A stretch of DNA of 61,554 bases, filler included, from Pirum gemmata (lineage: Eukaryota): assembly GCA_002812295.1 (NCBI GenBank). It is 17 parts of 17 records of this genome, joined end to end, with 100 filler letters (N's around TTAATTAATTAA, not from the genome) between each part and the next. Parts side by side here need not be neighbours in the genome. Positions count along the whole stretch, not along the records: positions 1 to 3,453 come from PDIN01002432.1; positions 3,554 to 7,058 come from PDIN01002433.1; positions 7,159 to 10,655 come from PDIN01002434.1; positions 10,756 to 14,276 come from PDIN01002435.1; 13 more parts are not named here. One strand, given 5' to 3'. The notes under the pieces are model-generated. The model was not told the DNA's origin. It was given only the letters and a program-made list of their open reading frames with translations, and ran no database searches. The stretch's first letter is position 1, and each line of letters opens with the position of its first letter. Made by a program: the position numbers and the translations under genes. This document shows, piece after piece, positions 1 to 13,907 of the stretch.

Positions 1-351
1 TTATTATTATTATTATTATTATTATTATAGATATGAAAGACCAGCATTGTATTGAAACTTTGATTGGAAAACAACAGCAAATTTTATTAGCTACCCAAGT
101 TGTGAAAATGATATTAAAAATTGATGACGTCATAACTAATTAATTTGTACTAACAATAAATAAAATTATTACTAAATATGGTTATTATTGTGCGTTTCTC
201 TTTCTTTACATATATATAAATAAAAAATTCTTTTTTTTGGTGGGAATTATTTGTAAACAATAACTAAATCAAAAATTTCCAAAAACCTAAGGACATAACT
301 CGTATTTTAAAATTTAATTTATTGGGTATTTTTCGTAAACTATATATAAAA

Positions 352-2299
352 CTAAATCAAAAAATTCCAAACCCCAAAAGACATCATTATTACTGCAACA
401 GAGACACCGAAAGAACTACCACTTCCACCAGTACCACCAGTACTAGTTCCAGCACCAGTTCCAGTTTCCCCAGTTTCCCCATCTTCTAAGCCGGTTTTAC
501 CCGACGTTTTGCTTACAGGCAAAAAGGTTTGAGGTTTAGCTTCAGTTGAAGCATTGACTCCATCTAAACCATGCAGTTGGTAAATAGCATCACTTATTCT
601 ACTCATTCTATCTTCAAATCCACGGTTACAAGGAGATCCATCTGGGTAACTATCAACACAAGATTCATCGTTATTGTAAGCCCAAACCCAATCATCGAAT
701 TGTGGTAAGTTATATTCGTTATCGAAAGCATATTTTCTAACGTATGGTTGTTGTTCTTTGTAAAGGTTCTTTGCAAAAGCAGCTTGTCTATCACCTAACC
801 CGTCAACGAACTGTTTCAAAGCAGCTCTGTATTCGTCCCCCCACGCCTTGCCCATGGTATATAAGACAGGTTCACAAGCTGGGTAACTTAGGTATAATTT
901 ATCTTTTTCTTCCTTGACTTCTGGAAAAATATCCCTATTTAATTTAAGTTAATAATAATAATTAGTATATTATAATTTTTAAAAATTTTATAATAACAAT
1001 AATAATAATAATAAACAATGAAATATAATTATAATAATATTTATTGTTATAATTATAACAATAATTTTAATAATTAATAATTACTAAATAACAAAGTTAA
1101 ATAGATAAATAAATAAATAAATAAATTAAATAAAAAAATACTTACATTTTTGCTTTGCATAAGTCAGCAGGAAGATCCTCTTGCAAATCACCAGTATAAT
1201 TATAATTATCATAAACAGAAACATTACCAAACAAACCAACTTCACACAAACCAGATGCACAAGCATCATGTGTTAATCCCTCAGTATAATCCCAAGGAAT
1301 AAACACCACTTTTTCAGTTGCTTCTTCAGCGTACATGAAAAAGTTATTAACCGTTAGCTCATTATAAGGTTGGTTATTACTTTCATCAACATATGAAGCA
1401 AAAAATGCATATGGGGCTGTATCATAATTATGAGTAAGTTCAGCAATCATAAAACCTCGAATAAAAGAGTCGCGATCCAATTTTTGAAGGATCTCTTTTG
1501 CTCTTTCTACCGTACAACCCTTGCGTTCTTTTTGACATTGGACTGCATCTGCTCTTATAGTTTTCAGTATTTCCGCACCAGTGAATCCTGAACTACTCGC
1601 AAATTTTACTTGCGCGGATGAACTTTCTGGTCGAAACCATGTATGTTTTAATAAAGCTCCGTTTTCAACACCAGTTTTACCCCATCGAGCCTCAACAAAT
1701 TCCTCATCAATATTTTCAAGGTGATTGTATAAACCTTCGTATAAATTATTAACATAGACATTAGCTTGATTGCATCTAGCAGCTGGGGTGCCACCTACGT
1801 CAGTCATATGATGCCATGAAGATAATTCACCCATAAGGGTCGTATCGCCTTGCATACCTTGAAATGCTACTTTATCTTGTCCATCAAATCTTGGTTGCTT
1901 TGGGAGCCCTGGGTAATTACTCGCAAATTTGCGTGCATTTATTTTCCAAGACAAATTTCTACACCAGTCACTTGTTTTATTTTGTTTACCGTCAGTCCCC
2001 ACACAGCCAAAAAATGAACCTGAAGCACCTTTATAACGACATCCAGCACCAACACTTTTTAATACTTTCTTTTCTTCATTCAGCTCACCGCCATAATATA
2101 CTGTAACATTACAAGGTTTATATATTTCAGCCCTAGGATCATCCTGTAAAAATTTTAAATCAGCCTCTTCCATTTGTATATGGTAGGAGAATAAATGAGT
2201 CCATGAGTTTCCACTGTCAAGTGGTAAGGTTTCTGTTGTGCTTACTGCTGTTGCTGTTAAAGCGAATGCAGACGCTATTACTGTGTTTTTCATCATCAT
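352..2299 (-). CDS. CotH-family atypical kinase, secreted and probably GPI-anchored; 2 exons (2299-1146, 934-352)
   Basis: N-terminal signal peptide. CotH motifs YKGASG, SWKIN, ELSS..PAARC..VYVNNLYEGLY..LENIDEEF, NYDT, NNFFMY, IPWDY. Intron 1145-935 (GTAAG...TAG) joins the two ORF-track ORFs in frame (..CKAK-M-DIFPEVKEE..YTMGKAW). G/T/S-rich linker plus hydrophobic C-terminus. Confidence 0.88.
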
Positions 2300-2620
2300 G
2301 TTTTTGATTGTATATATATTGTTTATTATTATTATTTGTTGTCTGTTTGTTAATTGTTGTTTGTTTGTTAAAAACTTGTTGTTTGTTTGTTTGTTTGTTG
2401 TTTGTTGTTTGTTGTTTGTTGTTTGTTTGTTTGTTGTTTGTTTGTTTGTTGTTTGTTGTTTGTTGTTTGTTGTTTGTTTGTTCTATTACAAATAGAACGG
2501 GTTAATAATCCTTATTTTATAAGAATATTAGAAGAAATATTTTTTGTGGATTTTGTTTTACTTTTCATTTTTTTTTTGTTTTGACATAAATAAAAATATT
2601 TATATATCTTTTTCGTTTAG

Positions 2621-2661
<41 letters not shown>

Positions 2662-2793
2662 TCCTTGAAAAAAAATCTTGGTGAATTTTATGATTAGATA
2701 GTAGTGGCTATTAGCTAGATTCAAAAAAAACAAAACAAAAAAACCTTCACACATGACGGGGTAAATTAGCTGTTATTATGACGTAATATTTCT

Positions 2794-2883
2794 GGTTAAG
2801 GGTTAGCATTAGGGTTAGGGTTAGGGTTAGGGCTAAAGTTAGGGTTAGGGTTAGCGTTAAGGTTAGGGTTAGGGTTAGGGTTG
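2794..2883 (+). repeat. Interstitial telomere-like (TTAGGG)n tract
   Basis: Degenerate TTAGGG repeats; an opposite-strand (CCCTAA)n tract lies at about 3245-3367. Confidence 0.9.
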
Positions 2884-3453
2884 GAAAAGGATTGAGAAAC
2901 AAATTTTACTTAATTGTCCCTCTCTGTCAATCTGTAATGTAGTTAGTAGTTACGGTATTGGTTATTTATTTTTTATTGGTTGAAAAAGAAATATTTGCGA
3001 GAATTTTTTTTTCTCTTTCAATAACGAGCCAATTAAAAACAACAATGATGACATCATCATACCACACAAAGCCCTTCTATCATCTGACCCTAACAGATAA
3101 AATTATAAGCTTTCAGATTTCAATATTAGCTATTTAAATGGCAATCTAAAACAAAGTTTTTTTTTTTTTTCTAAAGATTTTGTATGACGTAATTGAATTT
3201 TACTTTTTAGTTCGGGGATAGATCCTTTTTTTCTTTCTTACACCTTAACCCTAACCCTAACCCCAAAGTACCCATTCCTACCCTAACACACTAACCCCAA
3301 AGTACCCAACCCCAACCCTAACCCTAACCCTAACCCTAAAATACCCTAACCCTAACCCTAACCCTAATGTCCAAAAATACATATAAAGAAGTTATGACGC
3401 ATGTTTTTTATAATATGGTGGACGCAACTTATACATAACAGTATCTGCCCCCT

Positions 3454-3553
3454 NNNNNNNNNNNNNNNNNNNNNNNNNNNNNNNNNNNNNNNNNNNNTTA
3501 ATTAATTAANNNNNNNNNNNNNNNNNNNNNNNNNNNNNNNNNNNNNNNNNNNN
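3454..3553. other. Artificial scaffold-concatenation linker (one of 16)
   Basis: N44-TTAATTAATTAA-N44. Also starts at 7059, 10656, 14277, 17866, 21486, 25106, 28683, 32263, 35883, 39500, 43524, 47109, 50699, 54314 and 57912. Confidence 0.97.
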
Positions 3554-3820
3554 AAAAAAAAAAAAAAAAAAAAAAAAAGGGTAAAAAACAAATTCCAAAA
3601 AAAAAAAAAAAAACAATATTCAAAGAGTCGCGACCACTCTAGTCTACTAACATTTTGGTAATTAGCACAAAAAATAACAGGAGAGGTGAGATTCGATTTC
3701 AAATATAGTTCTCGAAAAAACTTCTAAATAATTACAACTTACTTAACTATATAAAAATACTATTCGAATCCTGATCGAAATATATATATAACGTCATCTA
3801 ACCCCAACAACAAGGAAAAA

Positions 3821-3856
<36 letters not shown>

Positions 3857-4901
3857 CTATTAGTCGTAGATATCATTTTTGGCTCGCTTAGTTAGTAGAA
3901 CTTTATTATTACTACTACTAACAAACAAGCAAATAATAGTTCAAATAATGATAATTCATAACAGCAGCAATTATTTATATTATAATAGGGTTAGGGTTTA
4001 ATGTTTGGGTGAGAGTTAGGGTTAACGTTAGTTAGGGTTGTTAGGGTTCACGTTAGAGTTAGGGGTTAGTGTGCAATTATATATTCTTAATTAATTAAGA
4101 TTCTTCTCTATCGATTCAACAATATTAATATTGGTTTCATTTTTAAATAACTGATATATGTGTCATCATAATTGTATATATTAATAGTACTATAGTAATA
4201 TCGGATAGTAGAGTAGTGGTAGTGGTATACGTAAAGGTAGTGGTAGTATCGGATAGTACTACATATATATAATTATAGTATTAATTAATATACGTATTAA
4301 TATTGATATATATAGTAGTAGTAGTAGTAGTAAACGTACGGTTAGTATAATATATTTATATAAATACATCATCCTTCCTAGCTTGCAAAATGATCATGAA
4401 CTCTGACACTATATATATGGATATGTATCATCGTTAGAAGTAGTAGAGTGGTGGTAGTGGTAGTGGTGGTAGTGGTAGTGGTAGTGGTAGTGGTAGTGGT
4501 AGTGGTAGTGGTAGTGGTAGTATATTAATATATTAATATAATACTAATAGTATTATAATATTAGTAGCTTTAGACTAGTACACGTATATATAATAAATAA
4601 ATCCATCATCCTTCACTCATCCTTCTTAGTTTGCAAAATGATCATGGACTTTGACATTACTCTTCTGACATGAATTAATATATATAATAATAATAATAGT
4701 AGAATAGTGGTAGTTGTAGCAGCAGCAGTAGTAGTAGTAATAGTAGTATCAGATAGTGGTATATTATCAGTAGTAGAATATGAAAGTGTATTAATATAAA
4801 TTCATCACCTTTCCTAGTTTACCATACCTAATTATAATTATATAAAAATGATTAGAAATTTCCCACATAATATTGTTGCATATATAACAGTAGTGTTATC
4901 A

Positions 4902-5088
4902 TATCGTGTTTTCCAGTTCAAAAACTGAAATAAACATGCCAAATTATTATTATGTTTAAATTATCAGGCATGTTTTAATTAATTTGGTATTTTATACTTA
5001 TTGTTACATTTTATAAAACAGTACAATTATACACTTAAAAAGTACCAAATAAAGGATTGGGAGGTCAACTGTAATGAAATAGACAATA
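4902..5088 (+). mobile_element. MITE family B (about 190-230 bp; termini TATCGTGTTTT.. / ..TGAAATAGACRATA)
   Basis: Recurs at about 6003-6160, 6994-7058, 44729-44962, 46806-47035 (rev), 47708-47840 and 48977-49186 (rev); imperfect inverted termini. Confidence 0.75.
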
Positions 5089-5556
5089 AAATTATTATAA
5101 TAATAATAAAACACCCCGAATATTTATTTGGTTGGTTATAATATTTAATTGAACATTATTAAATGAATAAATAGATAATAAAATATACCAAATTAAATAA
5201 ATTGGACTTATATTGTATTAATTTGGTACTATTTATTGTATATTATTATGATGGCAAAAACAACAGAAAAGCACAATAATAATATACAAAATAAGCAATG
5301 AACATATTTACAAATATTATTTTTTTAATAAAACTATAGACTTAGGAGATGTGGGAAAAATCATCGAATCGAGACTAGTTCGAAACTTTAAAAAAATTTC
5401 GATCTAGTTTTTTTTAAATATCATTTCAAAATTGTCACTATTTAAAAATTAGGATCGAGCTGTTTGATTCGATTGTGTTTTCCAGTATCTCTCGAAACAC
5501 TATCGAAACTTATAAAAATACCTACAGGTAGAGCCAAATATTTATAACTTATTTAA

Positions 5557-5789
5557 CTACCAAGCTGGATAAGAATGGTGGCATCCGCCATATGAGGTCA
5601 AACCCAAAAAATATGAAAATGATCCAATTTAAACATAAATCCTACCAAATAATGAGGAATCGTTTAACTAAAAAAACTCTATTATGAACCAATGGCTACT
5701 TTTTAAAAATAATTTGGCTAGTTCATATTAAGATTTTAGGAAAGAAGTCTAAAACAAAATGATTTCTACAGTTTTATCCGGCTTGGCTG
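5557..5789. mobile_element. MITE family D (TIR CAGCCAAGCCGGATAAAA), TTAA-flanked
   Basis: TTAA at 5553-5556 and 5790-5793; homologous copies at about 7232-7452, 50203-50421 (rev) and 46570-46680 (partial). Confidence 0.7.
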
Positions 5790-6384
5790 TTAAAAAAAAA
5801 AAAAAATAGATCGTGCTTTTCATCTGCTTTTCTTCACTCCGAATATTTATTTGGCTATTTATAATATTTAAATTGATACTTTTAAATAACCATATATATA
5901 TAATAAAACATACCAAATTAATTAAAATGGATTTATATTGTATTAATTTGGTAGTATTTGTTGTATATTTCATAAACGACAAAAGCTTTAGAAGTTCTAG
6001 CTAGTGTTGTCTAGTTCAAAAACTGAAATAAACATACCAAATTATCATTATATTTACACCATTAGTCATGTTTTGCTTAATATGCTATATTTTTTATTTT
6101 ATAAAAAGGTACAATTATACACTTAAAAACTACCAAATTAAAGATTGAGAGGATAACTGTACTATCCAGACTATCCAGTACACCCTTATTATAAAATAAT
6201 ATACAATAAAGCATACCAAATTAATACTATATACATCCATTTAATTTAATTTGGTGTATTTTATTATTTATTTATTAATTTAAAAATGTCAATTTAAATA
6301 TTATAACCAACCAAATAAATATTCAGATGTGACTATATACGCATCAAATTATTATTATGTTTAATAAACTATATTTGGTATTTT

Positions 6385-6483
6385 ATATACTTAAAATGTT
6401 ACAATTTATACTTAAAATGTTACAATTTATACTTAAAATGTTACAATTTATACTTAAAATGTTACAATTTATACTTAAAATGT
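6385..6483 (+). repeat. 21-bp minisatellite (TATACTTAAAATGTTACAATT) x~4.5
   Basis: Direct tandem copies; the unit resembles the interior of MITE family B. Confidence 0.85.
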
Positions 6484-6571
6484 GCTCAGACTCTGCTGTG
6501 AGCCTGTGACAGTGCTGTCTGCTCTACCTAGCTACTCTAGAGCTAGTAGTAGCTAGCTAGAGGGGTAGGAA

Positions 6572-6721
6572 AGTTAGGGTCAGGGTTTTAAAGGTTAGGG
6601 TTAGGAGGGTTAGGGTTAGGGTTAGGGTTAGAGTTGGGGTTAGGGTTAGCTATAGGGTTAGGGTTAGGGTTAGAGTTAGGGTTAGGGTTAGGGTTAGGGT
6701 TAGGGTTAGGATTAGGGTTAG
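6572..6721 (+). repeat. Interstitial (TTAGGG)n tract
   Basis: About 24 perfect and degenerate units. Confidence 0.9.
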
Positions 6722-7950
6722 AAGTCATTGCTCGAAAGTGTGACTTAAACTGTTTTAGGCAGTAATTAATTATTAAAATGAACTTTATTAAAATTATGAC
6801 CAAAAGTGTTTTGGGCAAAGAGGCATAGGTATACGTAAGATTAGGTGACGGGTTCCTTTACAAACGTCTTTTGTGAGAAGTAAACTTTGCTAAGTTTGCT
6901 GAACTTTGCTCTGACTAAATCCTAACATTTACTTTTTTTATCAATATTATTTCTTATTATTTATCTATCATAAATCTTATAGACTAATAAAAATATCGTG
7001 TTGCCCAGTTCAAAAACTGAACTAAACATACCAAATTGTTATTATGGTTAAACTATCGNNNNNNNNNNNNNNNNNNNNNNNNNNNNNNNNNNNNNNNNNN
7101 NNTTAATTAATTAANNNNNNNNNNNNNNNNNNNNNNNNNNNNNNNNNNNNNNNNNNNNTAATAATAATAATAATGTATACAAAGTGTATACAAGCAGCAC
7201 ACAAGCCAGGTATTTTTTTTTGTTTTTTTTGCAGCCAAGCCGGATAAAAATTGCGACATCCGCCGTATGAGCTCAAAATCTGAAAAAATATCAAACTTTT
7301 TCCAATTTAAATAAAAGTAATACCAAAGTTTTATTAATAGTTTAACTAATAAAACTCTATTATGAGCCAATGGCAAATTTTTAAAAATATTTTGGCTAGT
7401 AAAGAAAAGAAGTCAATTTATACAGTTTTTTTCGGCTTAGTCGGCTTGGCTGTTTAAAAAAAGAGACGGTGAAATATTTTTGTTTTTAATAATGTTACGT
7501 AATTTATGAACACTCTCGTTCTTGAAAAATGAAAAAAAAATGAAACAGAATCACCAGCTGAATCACCAATAAAAAAAGATAAAAGAAAAGAAAAGAAAAA
7601 CACGATAAGAAATGACGTAATAATTTAATTCTTACTGTATACTAGTATGTAAGTATATCATAGTGTATAGTAATAATAGTAGCAATTTATTAATAATAGT
7701 AATACGATAGTGTCATAATAGTTATGATATATAATAATAGTAATAGTAATAATAATATATAGTATTAGCAATAATAATAGTAATAGTTAATAGTAAATAG
7801 TAATAGTAATAGTAATTATAATAGTAATTAATAGCAATAGTAATAGTAATAGTAAAAGTAATATACATGGCGAAAATAACCGAATATTTGCTATATATTT
7901 ATATCATATATATATTATTAATATTATTATTATTATTAATATTGTTATTA

Positions 7951-7981
<31 letters not shown>

Positions 7982-7996
7982 GTTGTTGTTGTTATG

Positions 7997-8029
<33 letters not shown>

Positions 8030-8066
8030 TAAGATTATTATTATTTTCATTATTAATGTTACTTGC

Positions 8067-8127
<61 letters not shown>

Positions 8128-8159
8128 ATTGTTATTGTTATTGTTATTGTTATAATTAG

Positions 8160-9480
8160 AGAGAATTTCCTAAGATCAAAGAAAAAAATTATGAATTGAA
8201 GAAGACTACCTTATTAAGATGGTTAAAGCAAGGATATGTACACACATGTCTCCGAGGAATCTGGAACGAAATCAAGAAAATATACGGAAGACATATGGAA
8301 AAACTTATCTTGGAAACCGTCTTATATAAGGATGAATACGCCTGCCCAACAGGACGTGACGAAACGCCAGATTTAGCACAAACTCTTTTCCCAAGTATGT
8401 GTTTATTCATTTACTTGTTCGATCAACTGTATGTATGCTTTGTTTGTTTGTTTGTTTGTTTGTTTGTTTTTAAAATAATATATATAATATTAATATAGTA
8501 TGATAAGAATAATGATAAAGACAAGCCAAGACCTAGTTACAAGTGGTACTACTCATGCATAGCTCAATAGAATGTGCGCTGTTAGCCCTGAATTGATCAT
8601 CTTGGTGTAGTACCGAGTTAATAAATTGGTGGTGCGACAAAATTAATTAATTTAAAAATTGTTTTTTTAAATTAAATTAAAAAATGATTTTGCTGTAGAA
8701 GGAGAAGGACAAGGAGAAGAGAAGTATTGTACAAGAAAGGACAAGCGGAACGCATAGTAAAATTAATATAGATGAAAATGCGGTTGTAGAGAAACATATT
8801 GCTAAAAGAGATTAATAGTAATAGTAATAGTAATTACTTGGAAATTCAAGTATGCTTTGTTTGTTTGTTTGTGTGTGTGTTTTTATAATAATATATATAA
8901 TATTAATAGTACGATAATACTAGTGATAAAGACAGGCCTAGACCATGTTCCAAGTGGTACTATTCATAGCACAATAGAATGTGCGCTGTTAACCCTGAAC
9001 TGAAGAGAGTTCGACGAAGAGCAAAAATGGCAGCGACATCATCTTGGTATAATACCGAGTTGATAAATTGGTGGTGCGACAAAATTTTTTTTATATATAA
9101 ATTGTTTTTTAAAAATAAAAAATGATTTTGCTGTAGGATAAGAAAGACAAGGAGAAGAGAAGCATTGTACAAGAAAGGACAAGTGGAAAGTATAGTAAAA
9201 TTAATATACATGAAACTGTGGTTGCAGAGAAAAATATTGCTAAAGGAGATTCAACCAAAGTCGGAAAACAGAAAGTGCTCCCAGTTGTGCTCACCCTCAA
9301 CAACATACAAGATGACAACACTAGAGGCCAAAGATTACATCTTCCTTGTACAATACTTCCTCTTCTCCTTGTCCTTCTCCTTCTACAGTAAAATCATTTT
9401 TTATTTTTTAAAAACAATTCTTATATTTATCGCACCACGAATTTATCAACTACCAAGATGATGTCGCTGCTCATCTTTTT
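8160..9480 (+). pseudogene. Decayed intron-containing gene with an internally duplicated and inverted segment
   Basis: Exon-like 8160-8395 (AG..GTATGT, open frame REFPKIKEKNYELKKTTLL..). Block about 8390-8810 is repeated at about 8850-9250 and partly inverted at about 9335-9480; downstream exon-like pieces contain stops. Confidence 0.45.
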
Positions 9481-9494
9481 GAACAACTATCACA

Positions 9495-9750
9495 ATCCCA
9501 CTCTTTTTGAAATTAATTTCAAGTCTCCATTTTTTACAAAATAGAACTAAACAATTAATATTAATGAGTTTATCCAAATCACTATCATTAACAGCCACTA
9601 AGGCGATATCCGCATATAACAAACATCGAATAACACAACATAATTCATCCTCAGATAAATCTAAATTTAAACTATTAATATCATCAATTAAACTATTAAT
9701 AAAATTTTAAATAAAGTAGGCGATAAAACATCACCCTGTCTCACACTAAT
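9495..9750 (-). mobile_element. Degenerate non-LTR retrotransposon reverse transcriptase fragment
   Basis: Translates (with frameshifts) to VRQGDVLSPTLF..IDDIN..RCLLYAD-IALVA..FCKKWRLEINFKKS, i.e. the LINE RT QG/SP and YADD motifs. Confidence 0.8.
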
Positions 9751-12700
9751 TATTATAATACCAAACATATCACAGTTAATTATAATAACTATAATATTAA
9801 TAATAATAGTATTTATGATATTAATAAAAATAGTAATAATAATAGTAATATATATTAATATATAAATAAACAATAAACAAAAAACAATTAACAATGAACA
9901 AAAATACGTTAAGGAATTCAATGACAGCTGCGACACTAGGGAACACTTTTGAGTCATGTATACGTACTTTTTGATGAACAAGGACATCTTTCAAAGTTTT
10001 GGCCTCAGTTGTGTTTTTTGCTAGGGAAAATTATATTAACTGATTGACTTCTTTAAAACACCATAGAAGTGAAAATAAATTTTTACTATAATATTAATGC
10101 TCCACTCCACAAGGAATTCTTTTCCTTGTGGATCACAACCTTAGTTCGATTGGATTGTTACCCCTCCCCTCAGTGATGTCGTCGATTATATCGTCGATTA
10201 TATCGTCGATTATATAAGTTGTCTTATATAATCATAATTATTTATCTATATAACGAACATCATAATATAGTAAGATGGTGACAAAGGGATTTCATTAATA
10301 TTCCCTTGAATGTGGGTGGTGTAATATGATTGGAGTTTTTTAAAATTTAATAATGGTCACGGGTACCCTTCACCCCATACCATTCGTGAGTTGGTATGGG
10401 GGTCTCCATCATATAATGGTTTAGAAAGCATTATACTCCCCTGCCGGATCCATTTTGTGGTAGTTAATTGTGCATGTATTATATTTTTTCACAAATTTTT
10501 ATATAATATTATAATTATGTATAAAAATAATCAAAAAACGAAAATGTAGAAAATGTCAAGCACATTCAACCACACAAACAAACAAACAAACAAACAAACA
10601 AACAAACAATATAAACTTTTTACAAAAACAAACAAACAAACAAACAAACAAACAANNNNNNNNNNNNNNNNNNNNNNNNNNNNNNNNNNNNNNNNNNNNT
10701 TAATTAATTAANNNNNNNNNNNNNNNNNNNNNNNNNNNNNNNNNNNNNNNNNNNNAAAAAAAAAAAAAAAAAAAGAAAAAAAAAACCCAAAAGCGAAGGC
10801 AGGTAGGAAACGGGAACGAACAAAAAAAATGGCAAGACTTAACGAGTAGGGGTAGAATTTGAAAAAAATATGTATATAAATATATGATTAAAATAATATC
10901 CATTTGGTGGTTCGAGTTCGAATCTGATTCCATAATTTTTTCATAGAATATAATGATAGTTTTAAAAAAAACAGCAGCAACAACAAAACGAATAATAACA
11001 ATAACGATAATAAAAATAAGTAGTTCAATAGTAGTAATACAATAAAATTAACTAACGCTAATGGTTCAATAATAAAATCCACAAGAATAGAATAAGATTA
11101 ATATGATTGATAAGATTATAGAATAAGATTATAATAAGATTATTAATAATAATAAGATTAATAATATTTTAATAATATTATAATAATAATAATCATCATG
11201 ATAATGATAACAACGTTAACAATGATAACGATATATAATAACGATGATATCAATGATAACTTTATTTGTATAATATCATTTTCCTTTTCGTAAATAATAA
11301 TTTTATAATATATATAATATTGATAATAATTATAATTAATAATAATAATAATACAATAACAATCACCACCATCAACAACAGGGACTATAACATTATATTA
11401 GTATCCACCACATATATATTTAAAAAAAGCAACAACTTTAATAACAGCAACGTTTTTGATGTTAATAATAATAATAATGGTAATGATAATAATATATTAT
11501 AATTTTAATGATAATAAATAATATAATATAACAATATTATAATAACATTAAAATCGATAGTAATAACTTGAACGGGTTAGGGATGAAGAATTAATAGTAG
11601 TGTCGACGTCAGTACTACTACTAGCTAGTAGCGTGCTTTTCATAAATTTTATTTTATCACTCCAAATATTTATTTTGCTGTTTATAATATTTAAATTGAT
11701 ACTTTTAACTAAATAAATATATAATAAAATACACCAAATTAAATGAAATGGATTTATATTGTATATTTTATGACGACAAAATAACTGAAAAACACGATAC
11801 TAGAATTATATATAGCTAGTACTGATGGTAACGTTAATTAACATTATTATATAATGTCTAAAATAATTATAATATTAATTAATTCACATGTACAGTACTA
11901 GTGATTTAAGTAATAACAAAACAAGTTTAAAAACTATGTATACAACAACAACAGAAACAACTGTGTTAACGACGTTAACAGCTAGTACTGCAATAACAAT
12001 ATAAAAACACTGGAAAATTAATAATAATATAATAATAATAACATGATCTTACTGAGTTATTTACTATAATGCTAATTTCGTATTTATGATGCATTATTTA
12101 AATTATAATTATTCATTAGTAACTTTAGCTTCCAATTCATGACTGTTATAGTTAACATTAATTAATAATCATGTTATTATTAACATTTGAATTCCGTGTT
12201 GTAGTCAATATAATATAATAATATAATATTATATTTACTATTTACATTTTAATTAAAGTTAACCATAACGTTATATAATTATAACCCTGCAGCTAATTAA
12301 TATTATTAATATATACAATCATTATAATTCATAATTATTATTAGCTATTATTAAAACATTTAATATTTTCATTGTTATTACTATTATATATTATATATCA
12401 TATTAAATTATTAAGCCCTTATTTTGTTATCATGATCATGATCATTTTCATTATTTTTTTAATACTACTTTTAAAAGCTTCTATCGTGCATTTCATCTAT
12501 TTGGTCACTCTGAATATTTATTTGGAGGGTTATAATCTTAAAATTGAAATTTTTAAATCAATATATAGATAATAAAATATACCAAATTAAATTAAATGGA
12601 TGTATATTGTATTAATTTGGTANTGGTACTATTTATTGTATATTTTATGATGACAAAACAAATGAAAAGCACTAGTCTATAGATTATTATATTATTAAAA

Positions 12701-13732
12701 AAGGAAAGTTGGTGGGAAAGTGAGGGGGGGGGGGGCTACGGTTATTAGTCTAATTCTGGGGTTAGTTTACCAGTAGGTCTGGGGTTAGTAGATGCCTTAC
12801 TACTATAGCTACTACCGATAGGGTTAGTAGTGTTAGTAGTCTAACCAGCTAGCTAGCTAGGGTTATTAATTATTGGGGGTAAGGCGACTAAGGTCTACTC
12901 TATCGGATAGTCTAGCTATCTGATATCATGATAGCTAAACCGTGGTGGTGGTGGTGGGGGGGTCTAGGCTAGCTAGTAGGGTAAAAGGGAGAGATAGGGT
13001 TTGGTAAATTTATTCGGCGGACCTTTTTTTTTTGGCGGTTTTTTACAGCAGTTTTTTATCCATATGATATTATCATAATAATAATATCATAGTTAATTAA
13101 ACTCGAAAGTTTGAGTTGAGTGGTTGCAAATTATTTTTTTCTCCTTTTTTTTTTTTTCTATGTAGCTATGATAAGTCTATGATAGCTATCGATACTACTG
13201 AGATCGATACTATCATAACTAGCTCTAGCTAGAGTACTATTGATAGCTATGATACTACTAGCTAGCCAGTGCCACTTAGTAGTACCCCAAGGGGGTATCA
13301 TAGTGTAGATACTATCATAACTAGCTAGAGTATCAGATACTATTGATAGCTATGATACTACTAGCTAGCTAGCCAGTGCCACTACCCCAAGGGGGTATCA
13401 CAGTGTAGACTAGGAGAAAAAAAAAAAAAAACTGAACTCCTTGCCAAATCCCAAAAATCTTCCTTTCTTATCTTTGGATTTGACTCTCCAGACTTAAAAA
13501 CTCGAAAGTATAGCGAGACTTGCTCGAAAGTGTTTAATTAGACTCGAGACTATATCATGTATATTATATCAGGCTCTATCGATCGAGTCCGTATCGTATC
13601 TATCGATCAGATGCTTTCAGTCTGGCGGCGGTCGCCAACCACACTACAACTAGCTAGTAGCTAGACCCGTCTAGCTAGCTACTAGCTAGCTAGAGACTAC
13701 GAGACTCAGTCACCACGAAAATCACTCCTCTA

Positions 13733-13907
13733 TTTTTTTTTTGATTCGCAGGTGGGGAAATTATTGGAAAACCCCGACTGGTTGTTATTGGGACAACGAT
13801 ATTTGGACTTTTATGTTGTATTTATAGACGGTCTTCGTCGGGGGGATTCGAACCCAATACCTCCGGATCCAGGTTGTTAACCAAATAACCACTGCGCCAC
13901 TTCGCAG
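13733..13907 (-). mobile_element. tRNA-derived SINE (~175 bp)
   Basis: Minus strand: A box TGGCGCAGTGG, B box GGTTCGAATCC, unique body, A10 tail; 8-bp direct repeat CTCCTCTA at 13725-13732 and 13908-13915. Confidence 0.75.

Noticed and set aside
3498..3509. TTAATTAATTAA as a biological motif
   Set aside because: Always centred in N runs; synthetic six-frame stop linker
4360..4660. Twice-repeated ~50-bp motif (CATCATCCTTC..TTGCAAAATGATCATG) as snoRNA copies
   Set aside because: No ordered C/D boxes or rRNA guide; most likely a local duplication within simple repeats
10900..10932. GGTTCGAGTTCGAATC as a tRNA T-arm
   Set aside because: No A box or cloverleaf upstream
13835..13905. Functional tRNA gene
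   Set aside because: Acceptor and anticodon stems do not pair; better explained as a SINE head
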